Shown here piece after piece: positions 38,170-48,334 of a stretch of DNA of 63,315 nucleotides (the first letter of the stretch is position 1; each line of letters begins with the position of its first letter). The translations under genes were made by a program, and so were the position numbers. Origin of the DNA: Candidatus Bathyarchaeota archaeon (lineage in GTDB: Archaea > Thermoproteota > Bathyarchaeia > Bathyarchaeales > Bathycorpusculaceae); contig CAWHXY010000003.1 in the NCBI GenBank assembly GCA_963833575.1, positions 1-63,315 on the forward strand, given 5' to 3'. The notes beneath the pieces are model-generated. The model was not told the origin of the DNA and did not search any database. It saw nothing but the letters and a program-made list of their open reading frames with translations.

Positions 38170-40392
38170 ATGAGAGATATGGTTAAAATTGCCTTCTATG
38201 GTAAAGGGGGTATAGGAAAATCTACTGCAATCTCAAATGTTTCTGCAGCCTTAGCGGAGAAAGGATACAAAGTACTGCAGATAGGGTGCGACCCCAAACA
38301 CGATTCTACACGATTATTGCTAGGCGGTTACCAGCAAGCTACTGTTCTTGAACAATTAAATCATTCTGATACAGTAAAACTTGCTGATGTTATGTTGACT
38401 GGGTACAAAGGCACCAAATGCATTGAAGCTGGCGGTCCAGAACCTGGTGTTGGCTGTGCCGGAAGAGGCATTATCCAAATGATTAATCTGCTCAATAATC
38501 AAGGCTTAAACATGTCTGATTATAATTATGTGTTTTTTGATGTTTTGGGCGATGTGGTCTGTGGCGGTTTTGCCGTTCCAATGCGGGAAGGTTTTGCTCA
38601 ATCCATATACATTGTAACTTCAGGCGAATTAGCTTCTTTATACGCTGCGAATAATATTGCTAAAGGTTTACGAAGTCATTCTTCAGTCAAAGGCAAACTA
38701 GCTGGCATTATTGGAAATGAAAGGGGTACCAAAAAAGAACGTGAACTAATTGCGGCTTTTGCTCAGAAACTTGGGACAGAAATGGTTGCTTTTATCCCTC
38801 GAAGCGAAATTGTTCAACAGGCTGAGCTTGAATCGCAAACCGTTATTGAATACGCGCCTAATTCTGAGCTGGCAGCCGTTTATCGGTCACTAGCTCAGAA
38901 AATCGAACAAAACAAAACTTCTGTTGTTCCAACGCCTATGGAGGATTCAGGGCTTGAAGATTTCATCAATGAATTCTGCTACAACAAAAAACCTGCAAAA
39001 AAAATTTTTCATAATAATTATAACATTAAAAAAAATTTGAAAGCAACTGATTGCCAAACATACGATCCATTGAAAGACGCTAAAGAAATCAGTATTGACC
39101 GAGCCAGCGCAAAGTTTAAACCTCTAAAACCGAGAGCGCTTCTTTATGGCTGCTCATTAGCTGGAGCTTATGCTGTTGTCAGCCAAATCGAGGATGCAGT
39201 AGCCGTTATGGATTCTCCTAGGGCTTGTGCATTCAATACTTTTTACACTACGTTGAATACTCCTCAACCATCTGAAAAAACGATCCTGCCGAACTTAGTT
39301 TGCACTGATGTGCGCGAGAAAGAAGTGATTTTTGGTGCTGAAAAAAAACTAAAACAAGTAATCTTGGCAGCGAACAAACGTGTCTCGCCAGCTGTCACCT
39401 TTGTGATTACTTCTTGTCCCTCAGGCATAATCGGAGAAGACTCAGCCCGCATAATTGAGCAGCTTCGAGAAGGAGGCTTGGACGTTGTTGATCTTAAAAG
39501 CGACGGTGTTATGAGCGGTGACTTCAATGCAGGTGTCCAAAATTCTTACAAAATTATTGCTGAACATTTTATCAACAGAAACTTAACTCCTAGCGGCGAC
39601 ATGGTAAACATCATCGGTGAACAAGGGCTTTCCACGGTTGCCGATAAGAACTTTAACGAATTAACAAACGTTCTTAACGCTCTTGAGCTTAAGATTAACT
39701 GCAGGTTTATCAGAAAAACAACTGCGCAATCGATCAAGAACTTTAAATTAGCAACCGTAAATATTCCCGCGACCAACGAAATAGTCGTTCAAAATCTTTT
39801 AGATTACTTTGATAGGGATTTCAACGTTCCATACTTGAAGGCTCCACTTCCCTTGGGTTTTGAGCAGACAGTAGAGTTTACAAGGGCATTGGGAAAGATG
39901 TTCCAGCGGGAAAGCGAAGCTGAAACGTTAATCAATCAAGCCAGACTTAAGTATGATGCTCAGATCGCTCATTACCAACCATTTTGGGAAGGTAAAAAAG
40001 TAATGATCTTCTCCTTCGTCATATACATAGACTGGTTAATTGCGACCTTCCTTGATTTGCATGCAAACGTGCAAAAGGTGTGTGTATCAAAATTTTATTA
40101 TGAGACTGAGAACTTTTACTCGCGATTTACGGATAAAGTGCAAGTGGTCAACGATTACCCTTTTGATAACCGAGAAAAAGACATCTTGGAACATCAGCCA
40201 GACATAGTTCTGTACAATTTCATGCCCAAAAACCTGACAAATACCAACATCATTCACGATGTCTTCCCGTTCTGTCCATCCTACGGCTTTTTGAGTGGAA
40301 TGGAATACATCCGCAAATGGACAACGAGACTTAAAGTACCCTTTAGTGAAGGCTGGAAATATGACCGAAAACTTTTCAATCTCCATGCATAG
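38170..40392 (+). CDS. nitrogenase-like (group IV) NifH + NifD/E-like fusion
   Basis: YGKGGIGKS, GCDPKHDS, GPEPGVGCAGRG and DVVCGGF, then GCSLAGA, SPRAC and TSCPSGIIGED. Confidence 0.92.
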   Translation: MRDMVKIAFYGKGGIGKSTAISNVSAALAEKGYKVLQIGCDPKHDSTRLLLGGYQQATVLEQLNHSDTVKLADVMLTGYKGTKCIEAGGPEPGVGCAGRGIIQMINLLNNQGLNMSDYNYVFFDVLGDVVCGGFAVPMREGFAQSIYIVTSGELASLYAANNIAKGLRSHSSVKGKLAGIIGNERGTKKERELIAAFAQKLGTEMVAFIPRSEIVQQAELESQTVIEYAPNSELAAVYRSLAQKIEQNKTSVVPTPMEDSGLEDFINEFCYNKKPAKKIFHNNYNIKKNLKATDCQTYDPLKDAKEISIDRASAKFKPLKPRALLYGCSLAGAYAVVSQIEDAVAVMDSPRACAFNTFYTTLNTPQPSEKTILPNLVCTDVREKEVIFGAEKKLKQVILAANKRVSPAVTFVITSCPSGIIGEDSARIIEQLREGGLDVVDLKSDGVMSGDFNAGVQNSYKIIAEHFINRNLTPSGDMVNIIGEQGLSTVADKNFNELTNVLNALELKINCRFIRKTTAQSIKNFKLATVNIPATNEIVVQNLLDYFDRDFNVPYLKAPLPLGFEQTVEFTRALGKMFQRESEAETLINQARLKYDAQIAHYQPFWEGKKVMIFSFVIYIDWLIATFLDLHANVQKVCVSKFYYETENFYSRFTDKVQVVNDYPFDNREKDILEHQPDIVLYNFMPKNLTNTNIIHDVFPFCPSYGFLSGMEYIRKWTTRLKVPFSEGWKYDRKLFNLHA

Positions 40393-41689
40393 ACCTGACT
40401 CTCTCGCTGGCGCAGTTACAGCGTTTGAGGGCATAAAGAACTCTGCCGCTTTAGTTAATGGTCCGAATGGCTGCAGAACATATCTTTCTTATCTTACAAA
40501 TATTCAGGATGCCCAGACTACACCGCTTGGATTGGATAAATATTCAACTGACATCTATTTTCAGCGAGTGCCAAGTACCTCTCTGGATGAATATGATTAT
40601 GTTAACAGTGCAGAAGAAAAGCTTACAACCGCAATTAATTGCACATCAAGTTTCGATTATGACCTCGTAGGTATAATCAACTCCCCTGGAACTTCTCTAA
40701 TCGGGGACGATCTTATTGCTATCCTAGAAAGATCTTCTCCCAAATACAAGACCGTTCCGATTGAAAGCACCTGTTTCACGGGAACCTTTGTTGATGGCTT
40801 TAAGAGAGCATCGAATGAAATACTGAAAGCAGTAATAGAAAATGATGGCCCAAAAATCCCCAAAAGTGTGAACTTGATCGGAGCGAACATTTTTCAGTAC
40901 AACTGGGAAAGCGACATTGCCGAAATCAAAAGAACACTTGAACTAATGGGAATAAAAGTCATCTCCAAAATATGCGCTGGAGAAATCCTTGAGAATCTCA
41001 AAATGGCAAATAGAGCTGAGCTTAACGTTGTCCTATACGAGGAATATGGCAACACAATAGCGAAGCAACTTGAACATGACTATGGCACCCCATACATGGG
41101 CATTAAGGAGTCTTCACCTTACGGTTTTGTTTCTTCTGAGATCTGGTTCGGAAAGATTGCAGATTTTTTCAATTTGCCTAAAACAATGATTAATGAGGAA
41201 TCTACTCAGGTGAAGATGAAGTGTTATCGTACACTTGATCGGATATCTGTTTTGATGGGTGGTCTGCGAGGTATAACGTTTGGTTACTTTGGAGACTCCT
41301 CAACAGCTGTACCATTGATATCTTTCCTTCACAAATACTTGGGGTTGTACCCTGATATCATTGGCTTAAGAGAAGTTGGAGCCGAGAACCAGAAACTGCT
41401 AAACCAATACATTGCTGAAAACTCTTTAGATACAACCATACTTTATAGTCCAGATCAATACGACATACGCGAAGCGCTGTCCAACAAGAAGCCTGACTTG
41501 ATTTATGGAAGCAATGTTGAAGAGCGCGTGTCAAAGGGGATTCCTGACGCTAAATTCGGTTTCATCCCGTTCGCATATCCATATTATGATAAAGTCAGTT
41601 TGACTTTTCGACCTTTGATCGGCTTCAACGGTGTATTAACACTCCTTGAGGATACATTAAACACTCTTAAAGTGATCCAACGGCCATAA
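40385..41689 (+). CDS. nitrogenase component-1-like subunit (NifK/BchB-like partner)
   Basis: PDSLAGA, NGPNGC, NSPGTSLIGDD, KSVNLIG, PLIGFNG; ATG 40385 overlaps the upstream stop. Confidence 0.88.
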   Translation: MHRPDSLAGAVTAFEGIKNSAALVNGPNGCRTYLSYLTNIQDAQTTPLGLDKYSTDIYFQRVPSTSLDEYDYVNSAEEKLTTAINCTSSFDYDLVGIINSPGTSLIGDDLIAILERSSPKYKTVPIESTCFTGTFVDGFKRASNEILKAVIENDGPKIPKSVNLIGANIFQYNWESDIAEIKRTLELMGIKVISKICAGEILENLKMANRAELNVVLYEEYGNTIAKQLEHDYGTPYMGIKESSPYGFVSSEIWFGKIADFFNLPKTMINEESTQVKMKCYRTLDRISVLMGGLRGITFGYFGDSSTAVPLISFLHKYLGLYPDIIGLREVGAENQKLLNQYIAENSLDTTILYSPDQYDIREALSNKKPDLIYGSNVEERVSKGIPDAKFGFIPFAYPYYDKVSLTFRPLIGFNGVLTLLEDTLNTLKVIQRP

Positions 41690-41872
41690 TCAAATGCTTT
41701 TTTCAGTTTCAACGGATTAGGTCAGTTAGTTACAAAATGACAAGACTAATACTAATAAAGTGCAAATCTAACTGTGAAGCCCTCGTACAACAAGAAAAAG
41801 TAAGTTGTCGAACAAATAATATATAGATGGATATAGCTCCACAACCCAATCACAGCTTGAGATGAATAGGCT

Positions 41873-43636
41873 TTGAAGAATATCCCTAATGCGAAACAAA
41901 AAGGCGGTTTTGCTCCAAGTGGCCAACTGAATGCTTCAGATAAGACTGGGGCAAAAGAAGTACGAGTGACTAATATCGCTTTGTCATCTGTTATAGGTGA
42001 AATGTTAGAAGCGGGATTTGGACCTAAAGGTTCAAAGAAACTTATTACGATTGTTCAAGATGAGCTCGGTTGGGCTCCAAACATAACTGATCTGACAAGC
42101 GACGGGTACTCAATTATTAACGGAGCAAACTTCACAAACCCAGTTGGTCGAATGTTCGCCGAAACAGCCAAAGCCGTGAGTGACGAAGTCGGAGGCGGAG
42201 TGAAAACAACAATCATCCTAATTGGTAAGCTCTTAGACAAAGCTCAAAAATTACTGGATAATGGCTTGCATCCAAGAACAATAATTGATGGCTACCAGAA
42301 AGCATGCCAGAAAGCAGTTGAAATAGTTAATAACGAAACTGTTCCGTATAACATTTATGACAATGCTTCTATTAGAAAAATCGCTTCGACCGCGATGAGA
42401 AACAAATTTTCTCACAATTCTATTCAAAACATGACTGATATAATTACCAAGGCGGCTGAAGAAGCCTCCGAAGAAGTAGAAAAAGTCCGAAAACTTGACA
42501 TAGCGAATATTAAAGTTGAAAAAATAGAAAATGGCGTATTATCAGAAAGTTACCTTTTTGACGGTTGGGTTGTTTCCTTTCCAATGAGCCGCTTCGAAAT
42601 GCCCGAACGCATAGAAAACGCTCGAGTTGCATTTATTACGCGCCCTATGGAAGCTTTCTCGATGGGTCAATACTCAAAATACGGCGACTTCATCAAGATA
42701 GACGTTACGAAAAAAGAGAACATAGATGGGTTCGCCGAAAAAGAAAAAGAAATAGCGCAAACAATGGCTCAGAAAATTGTTGCTTCTGGAGCCAATGTGG
42801 TAATCTCAAATTGGAATATTGCTGACGTTGCCTTTGAATACTTCTCAAAAAGAGGTGTTTTAGCTTTTAAACGAATCCTTATTCCTGATCTGATGAGAAT
42901 ACAGAAAGTAACCGGCGGTATCTTAACCGATAACTTGGATGAATTGACCTCGGAATTCTTGGGATCAAGTGAGCTAGTGTACACAAAAAAGATGTATGAA
43001 AAAGAATACGTATTTTTCACCGGCAAACATGACTCTCGAGCAAAAACGGTAATTTTGCATGGGGGTTCAAAACTATTTGTTGATGAAGCCGCCCGCGGAA
43101 TAAAGGATGGTTTATCAGCTATCAGAGAAATCTACAAAGATCCCCGTGCTGTCTACGGCGGAGGCGCTTTAGAAATTGAGGTTGCTTCTCAACTCAAAAA
43201 ATTCGCCAACGAGATTTGTACGAAAGAGCAGCTTGCCATAACAGCTTTTGCAGAAGCGCTTGAAGAGCTGTGCAAAATACTATGCAAGAACGCCGGCTTC
43301 GATCCACTCGATATGATTTCTGAACTGAAACTGCAACATGAGAGAGGTGAAAAAACAATCGGAATTGAACCCTACAAAAAAATTCTCGATGATATGGAGA
43401 AACTTGGTGTTCTTGAACCTGTTCGTATTAAGTTGCAGGCTTTGAATTCAGCTTTTGAAACTGTTGAAGTGATTTTAAGAATTGACTATTCGCTCGCTGC
43501 AAAATCGTCGGGTGAAACAAAACCTGAAGAACCCAAGACTGAGGAAGAAATCGAAAAGATTGAGCAGGATATGGTACCTAAAGTTTTGGAAACTACGGCC
43601 GAAGGATATAAACAGCCTTGGGAAAAAAACCTGTGA
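41873..43636 (+). CDS. divergent group II chaperonin (thermosome-like) with degenerate ATP motif
   Basis: GPKG, TSDG, GLHP..IIDGY, GGGALE; GDGTT reads GGGVK. Confidence 0.9.
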   Translation: MKNIPNAKQKGGFAPSGQLNASDKTGAKEVRVTNIALSSVIGEMLEAGFGPKGSKKLITIVQDELGWAPNITDLTSDGYSIINGANFTNPVGRMFAETAKAVSDEVGGGVKTTIILIGKLLDKAQKLLDNGLHPRTIIDGYQKACQKAVEIVNNETVPYNIYDNASIRKIASTAMRNKFSHNSIQNMTDIITKAAEEASEEVEKVRKLDIANIKVEKIENGVLSESYLFDGWVVSFPMSRFEMPERIENARVAFITRPMEAFSMGQYSKYGDFIKIDVTKKENIDGFAEKEKEIAQTMAQKIVASGANVVISNWNIADVAFEYFSKRGVLAFKRILIPDLMRIQKVTGGILTDNLDELTSEFLGSSELVYTKKMYEKEYVFFTGKHDSRAKTVILHGGSKLFVDEAARGIKDGLSAIREIYKDPRAVYGGGALEIEVASQLKKFANEICTKEQLAITAFAEALEELCKILCKNAGFDPLDMISELKLQHERGEKTIGIEPYKKILDDMEKLGVLEPVRIKLQALNSAFETVEVILRIDYSLAAKSSGETKPEEPKTEEEIEKIEQDMVPKVLETTAEGYKQPWEKNL

Positions 43637-43688
43637 GAAGAGTTATTCATACTAAAAACCTTGCTTGAATAGAAAGTCGATAGCCCGA

Positions 43689-44018
43689 CTATTCCTTTAT
43701 ATTTTCAGTTACGAATTCTATTTTTACTTCTCTCTTAATTGCAAACTTAATTTCTGCTTCGCATGCTTTTATGATTCCAATGGGGATGGCGCATGCAGAA
43801 TGCGGTATTGATTCAGCCGCTTTTTGCAATATGAAGTTTGCTTTAGGTAGGTTTACAGCATCATACATTTTTACCGTCTTCACAGCATCTCTAAAATGAC
43901 TCAAGTTCGGGCACGCGCTTGCGATATTTATTTCAATTTCTTGATTCTGTTTCTTTTCAGCCTTTACAACGGTTACGAATTTGCATATTCCTGGATCAAT
44001 TCTGACCTTAGTTACCAT
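43689..44018 (-). CDS. small Cys/His protein (DUF6951-like), paralog of 26215..26523
   Basis: PGIC...SACP.L...HSACAIP.G..KACE. Confidence 0.78.
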   Translation of the reverse strand: MVTKVRIDPGICKFVTVVKAEKKQNQEIEINIASACPNLSHFRDAVKTVKMYDAVNLPKANFILQKAAESIPHSACAIPIGIIKACEAEIKFAIKREVKIEFVTENIKE

Positions 44019-44036
44019 AGTTTCGTAGTCCCTCAG

Positions 44037-45702
44037 TTACATCATATATTGCAGCTTTTCCATACGCTCTCGTCTGTCTTCTTCTGGGCTTTTCTTTGGC
44101 TGTTCCTCTCGTCTTATTTGTTTTTTCGTGGAAACTATCTCGTCAACTTTTAGTATCATTATAGCTGCTTCAGTCGCAGATTTAATAATCTGTTTTTTTA
44201 CCGACAATGGCTCATAAACTTCAAGAGATTTCATATCTTGAATTTTTCCCTCATAAACGTTGACTCCAGCCCACACTTCACCTTTTTCATGGCAACTTCT
44301 AAGTTTTGGCAGAGTGTCAATCGAGTTCAAACCAGCATTTTCGGACAGAATAGCTGGCACTATTTCGAGGGCGTCCGCGTACGCATTCACCGCAAGCTGT
44401 TCTTTTCCCACTAGCGTAACTGCATACTTCCTTAGTGATCTAGCTACTTCAACTTCTGGTGCTCCGCCTCCAGCCACAATTTTCTGTTCCTGAACTACGT
44501 CTCGCACAACGCACAATGCATCATGAATTGACCTTTCAGCCTCATCGACAATTCTCTTGTTTGCCCCGCGAATCAATATCGCGACTGAATGAGGGTTGCT
44601 GCAGTTTTCGACAAAAAGCATCTTTGAACCGCTGATGGTGCGTTCTTCTACAACTTCAGCAAAGCCCAAATCTTTTTCCGTTATGACATCAAAGTTGTTC
44701 ATTACGTGCCCGCCGGTGGCTTTTGCGACTTTTTTCATTATGGACTGGTTAACGCGGCGAATTGTCAGTATTCCCTTTTTCAGCTAGCAAATAATTTGCT
44801 AGCTTGTTCAGGTCTTCCTGTAAAATGAGTACGTTAGCACCCGTGCAGGCGATTTTGTCAACTAACTTTCCAACTAAAGCATCTTCTTGCTTGATAAATT
44901 CTTCAATTTGCTCCGGGTTGTCAATCCGTATTTTAGAATCAAATTGTGTCTTTTCAAGGTCCAATGCTTTGTCAATCAAGGCAATTCTAGCTTTTTCGAC
45001 TCGCTTTGGCATGGCGGGGTGAATTATTTCTTTGTTGATTATTACGCCCTTGATTAGATTTGTGCTAGCTAAGGATTCGCCAAGTTTTTTCTCCACCATA
45101 ACGTCATCCAAGTCAACTATGTTTTTACCGTCAACCTCTCTTCTTACGCTGAAAATTGCTGACACAACAATTTCAGATAATGGCTCTTTAAGGTTTGAAA
45201 TGATTTTGCTAGCCAAGGATGTTGCTGCTATCTTCTTTAGTTCATCCTTATTTTCAAGAGATATTGCGATGGCGATTTTATCAAGAGTTTCCAAGGCTTT
45301 TTCAGATGCCTTCTCATAACCGTCTGCGATAATGGTGGCGTGAATTCCATTCTTGATTAGCTGTTCAGCTTTACCAAGTAATTCGCCCGCAACCACAACG
45401 CTGGAAGTGGTGCCATCACCGACCTCGTTGTCTATTGTTCTCGCCACATCAACCATCATTCTGGCCACCGGGTGTTGAAGATCCATTTCCTGCAGCATTG
45501 TTCGCCCATCATTCGTTATGATTATGTCGCCAAAATTGTTAATCAGCATTTTGTCCATGCCTTTGGGTCCCAACGAACTCTTCATAATCTCAGATATTGT
45601 TCTAGCTGCCTGTATGCTGTTAATTAGAGAATTTTCCTTGTCTCCTGCTCCTTCTTTCAAAACCAGCAAAGGTTTTGCATTAACTTTGTTAAATGCTGAC
45701 GT
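44037..45702 (-). pseudogene. group II chaperonin (thermosome) split by a 1-nt insertion
   Basis: GPKGMDKM, TNDG and VGDGTT in 44749..45669, continuing as 44037..44738; removing one A of the run at 44776-44780 restores LAEKGILTIRRV. Confidence 0.88.
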
Positions 45703-45752
45703 TAGCGTACGCTCCTTATCAAGTATGATGTATGGTGAATTTAACAGTCCAA

Positions 45753-45783
45753 TTATTTAAGATTAGGTTGTTCTTTCTGTAAC
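45753..45783 (-). promoter_or_regulatory. operator GTTAC-AGAA-AGAAC + TTAAATA, chaperonin gene
   Basis: motif about 10 nt upstream of the TATA element on the minus strand. Confidence 0.55.
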
Positions 45784-46077
45784 TATCTATTATATTGATT
45801 CATTAAATTGTAGACTTTTCTTGAATTATTTAATAGCGAAAGGTCCTAAACTATTTCTAAAATAGTCTGAGTTTTAAAGATGCAAGGAAGTCGGGCAAAC
45901 GAGTTATTTTTGGCATCTCCCCTCAAAAAAGAAGTCTAAAAGAATTGAAAAATAAAGGAGCACTAAGCTCCTGTTGGATGTTTTTTTAAGCGCGCGCTCT
46001 TCATCCAGCTGGCTCGAGGGTAAGACCTAAAGTCACCTGCGCCGTGAAAACGCATTGCAAGGGAGCGTTAATAGTTT

Positions 46078-46108
46078 GTTGTAATCGTAACTAACTACTG
46101 CCTATATG
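46078..46108 (+). promoter_or_regulatory. operator GTTGT-AATC-GTAAC + TATATG, second hdr operon
   Basis: gttt/taac flanks, 11-nt spacing. Confidence 0.62.
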
Positions 46109-46160
46109 CACGCTTTCGAAGTGTACCCAAGAGAATATAATTTAGAAGTTACAAGAGGGG

Positions 46161-47150
46161 ATGTTGGTGACATTAAAGTACACATATTTTTCAGGATGTG
46201 TTACCCCGCAGAAGGAAAATGCATATGAACTATCAGTAAGAAAAGTCTCACAAAAACTAGGCATTGAATTAGTTGACTTGGAGAACGCAAACTGCTGCGG
46301 CTTTTTCATGAAATCCTCAGATTACCGAACATCGTTAGTGTTAGGCGCCAGAAACCTCTCATTAATGGATGCGACAGGTCTGGATGCAGTTACACCGTGT
46401 TCAGCATGCTTTGGACATTTAAATAAAGTCAGATCCACACTTTTGGAAGACAAAGAGCTCAGAGACAGTATAAACCAAACTCTCAATCAAGACAACAAAA
46501 CATTTGTTGGTTCCTCCAAAATAAAACATTTTGTAAGCATGTTGCTTCAAGATGTGGGAATTGACAAAATAAAAAACACTATTTCAAAACCTCTATCCAA
46601 CATCAAAATTGCACCACATTATGGATGTCACATTCTCAAACCTTCTGAGCAATTAAACTTAGACAATCCAGATGACCCAAAACTATTGGATTCCCTGATT
46701 GAAGTTACAGGAGTTACCTGCCTTAACTATACTGAAAAAAGTCTCTGTTGTGGCTCTTCAATAATGAACGTTGATGAAGAGTTATCTATAAAAATCACCA
46801 AAGCAAAAATCGACAGCATTAAGAAATGTGGCGCCGATGCAATAGTTACTGTTTGCCCAGCATGCCATGTCCATTTTGACCTTATCGCAAATGCATATCT
46901 AAAAGAAAAACTTGGTATACCCATTCTTCACTATTCTCAACTTTTAGGCTTAGCTCAAGGGTTTGATCCTCAAGAACTGGGACTTTACGAGAACAGGATA
47001 CCTGTCGACAAGATATTAGAGCTTATTGAATCACAACCGGAGAAACCAGAAATGACCCAATTGTCGGATAAAAGCGTCAAAAAGTCCAACTTCATTGCAG
47101 ATCTTTATTCTGACGATGCGGAATGCCTTCATTTTGCGGAGGTGCGTTGA
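46161..47150 (+). CDS. hdrB: heterodisulfide reductase subunit B (second copy)
   Basis: intact CCG domains; paralog of 29450..30313 (shared GC.TPQKENAYELS). Confidence 0.95.
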   Translation: MLVTLKYTYFSGCVTPQKENAYELSVRKVSQKLGIELVDLENANCCGFFMKSSDYRTSLVLGARNLSLMDATGLDAVTPCSACFGHLNKVRSTLLEDKELRDSINQTLNQDNKTFVGSSKIKHFVSMLLQDVGIDKIKNTISKPLSNIKIAPHYGCHILKPSEQLNLDNPDDPKLLDSLIEVTGVTCLNYTEKSLCCGSSIMNVDEELSIKITKAKIDSIKKCGADAIVTVCPACHVHFDLIANAYLKEKLGIPILHYSQLLGLAQGFDPQELGLYENRIPVDKILELIESQPEKPEMTQLSDKSVKKSNFIADLYSDDAECLHFAEVR

Positions 47151-47666
47151 ATGACTACCCAAGCAGGACTTAACGCTAGTTTCGGTGAGCCTATTCGATC
47201 TGCCAAACTAGATATGGACTTCCCTAAAATTGTTAGACAACAACCTGGTGGAAAAAACCTTTATCACTGTTATCAATGCGGACGGTGTACTGCCGGATGT
47301 CCAGTTGCAAAAAATGTCAAGTCATACAATCCTCGTCAAATAATTCGAATGACGCTAATGGGTCTAAAAGACGAGGTTTTATCAAGCAATTCAATTTGGC
47401 TCTGTGCATCCTGCTACACATGTCAAGAGAGTTGCCCGCAAGGGGTTGAAGTAGCAGATCTGATGTTTGTCCTGAGAAACATGGCCGTAAAAGAAGGATG
47501 GATTCACCCATTTTTCAAACAGTTGGCTGGCGTAATAGTGGAAAATGGGCGTACATTCAAGGATGATTCATTTATTAACGAAATTCGGGGTGATCTCGGT
47601 CTCCCATCAATATCGTCTATAAATCCTGAAGAGATGACAAAACTCTTACAAAAATCCCGGAAATGA
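47151..47666 (+). CDS. hdrC: heterodisulfide reductase subunit C (second copy)
   Basis: CYQCGRCTAGCP, WLCASCYTCQESCPQGV. Confidence 0.95.
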   Translation: MTTQAGLNASFGEPIRSAKLDMDFPKIVRQQPGGKNLYHCYQCGRCTAGCPVAKNVKSYNPRQIIRMTLMGLKDEVLSSNSIWLCASCYTCQESCPQGVEVADLMFVLRNMAVKEGWIHPFFKQLAGVIVENGRTFKDDSFINEIRGDLGLPSISSINPEEMTKLLQKSRK

Positions 47667-48274
47667 TGCTAATGGCAATTTCAAATGAATGGTGTGTAGC
47701 AGTTTTTAAGTGCCGTTCTGACTCTGTGAAAATGGTGCTTGTTGAATTTTATAGGTTTGTTGATAGCTTAAAAGGTGTTCGAAGTCTACATTTTTTGATC
47801 AGAGATAGAGTGGAAGATGAAGTTGTTTTCAGTTTTAGAATAATGGTTGAACCCAAATTCAAAGAAATAGTCAAAACAAAATTATCTTGCAAACTGGATT
47901 CCTTGTTATCTAACGATAAATACGCCATTGATCCAACTACGGAAAACAGTCTTGAAAAATATGCTGCTTGGCAGCCTGAAAAGAGAATTGCGAATTTTGG
48001 ACTAAGCAAGTTTAACCAATTTATTGATCTTCTTAAAAACATGAGCTCAATTGTCTTTCAGTTAATTGAGAGGGACTACTTTGCTTCAAAAGAGCGAGTT
48101 GAACTGGCAAACATCGTGTCTTGGATGGTTGGATGTACTGAATATGGGCAGCTTAGTGCCTCTGGAATGGAAGTGGGGTATTACGACCGCTTGGAGGATG
48201 AATACTGCCCTTGCTTGAGAGAATCCTTCGCACAATCAAATGCCCGAATGGAAACACAAACTACGCCAAAATAG
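47663..48274 (+). CDS. hypothetical protein in the hdr operon
   Basis: 203-aa ORF with ATGA overlap to hdrC. Confidence 0.75.
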   Translation: MMLMAISNEWCVAVFKCRSDSVKMVLVEFYRFVDSLKGVRSLHFLIRDRVEDEVVFSFRIMVEPKFKEIVKTKLSCKLDSLLSNDKYAIDPTTENSLEKYAAWQPEKRIANFGLSKFNQFIDLLKNMSSIVFQLIERDYFASKERVELANIVSWMVGCTEYGQLSASGMEVGYYDRLEDEYCPCLRESFAQSNARMETQTTPK

Positions 48275-48334
48275 TCTGTCAGGTGTTGGACTGATTTGTA
48301 CTGTGTATTCGAAAATTTCTTGGTGGCTAAATAA

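Noticed and set aside
38170-41689. True nitrogen fixation or F430 synthesis (CfbCD)
   Set aside because: No FeMoco ligands, no nifB/E/N and no other cfb or mcr genes; the fused architecture fits neither.
45965-46015. Possible hairpin (GTTGGATG...CATCCAGC) between divergent promoters
   Set aside because: A single imperfect stem with no second copy or recognisable RNA family.
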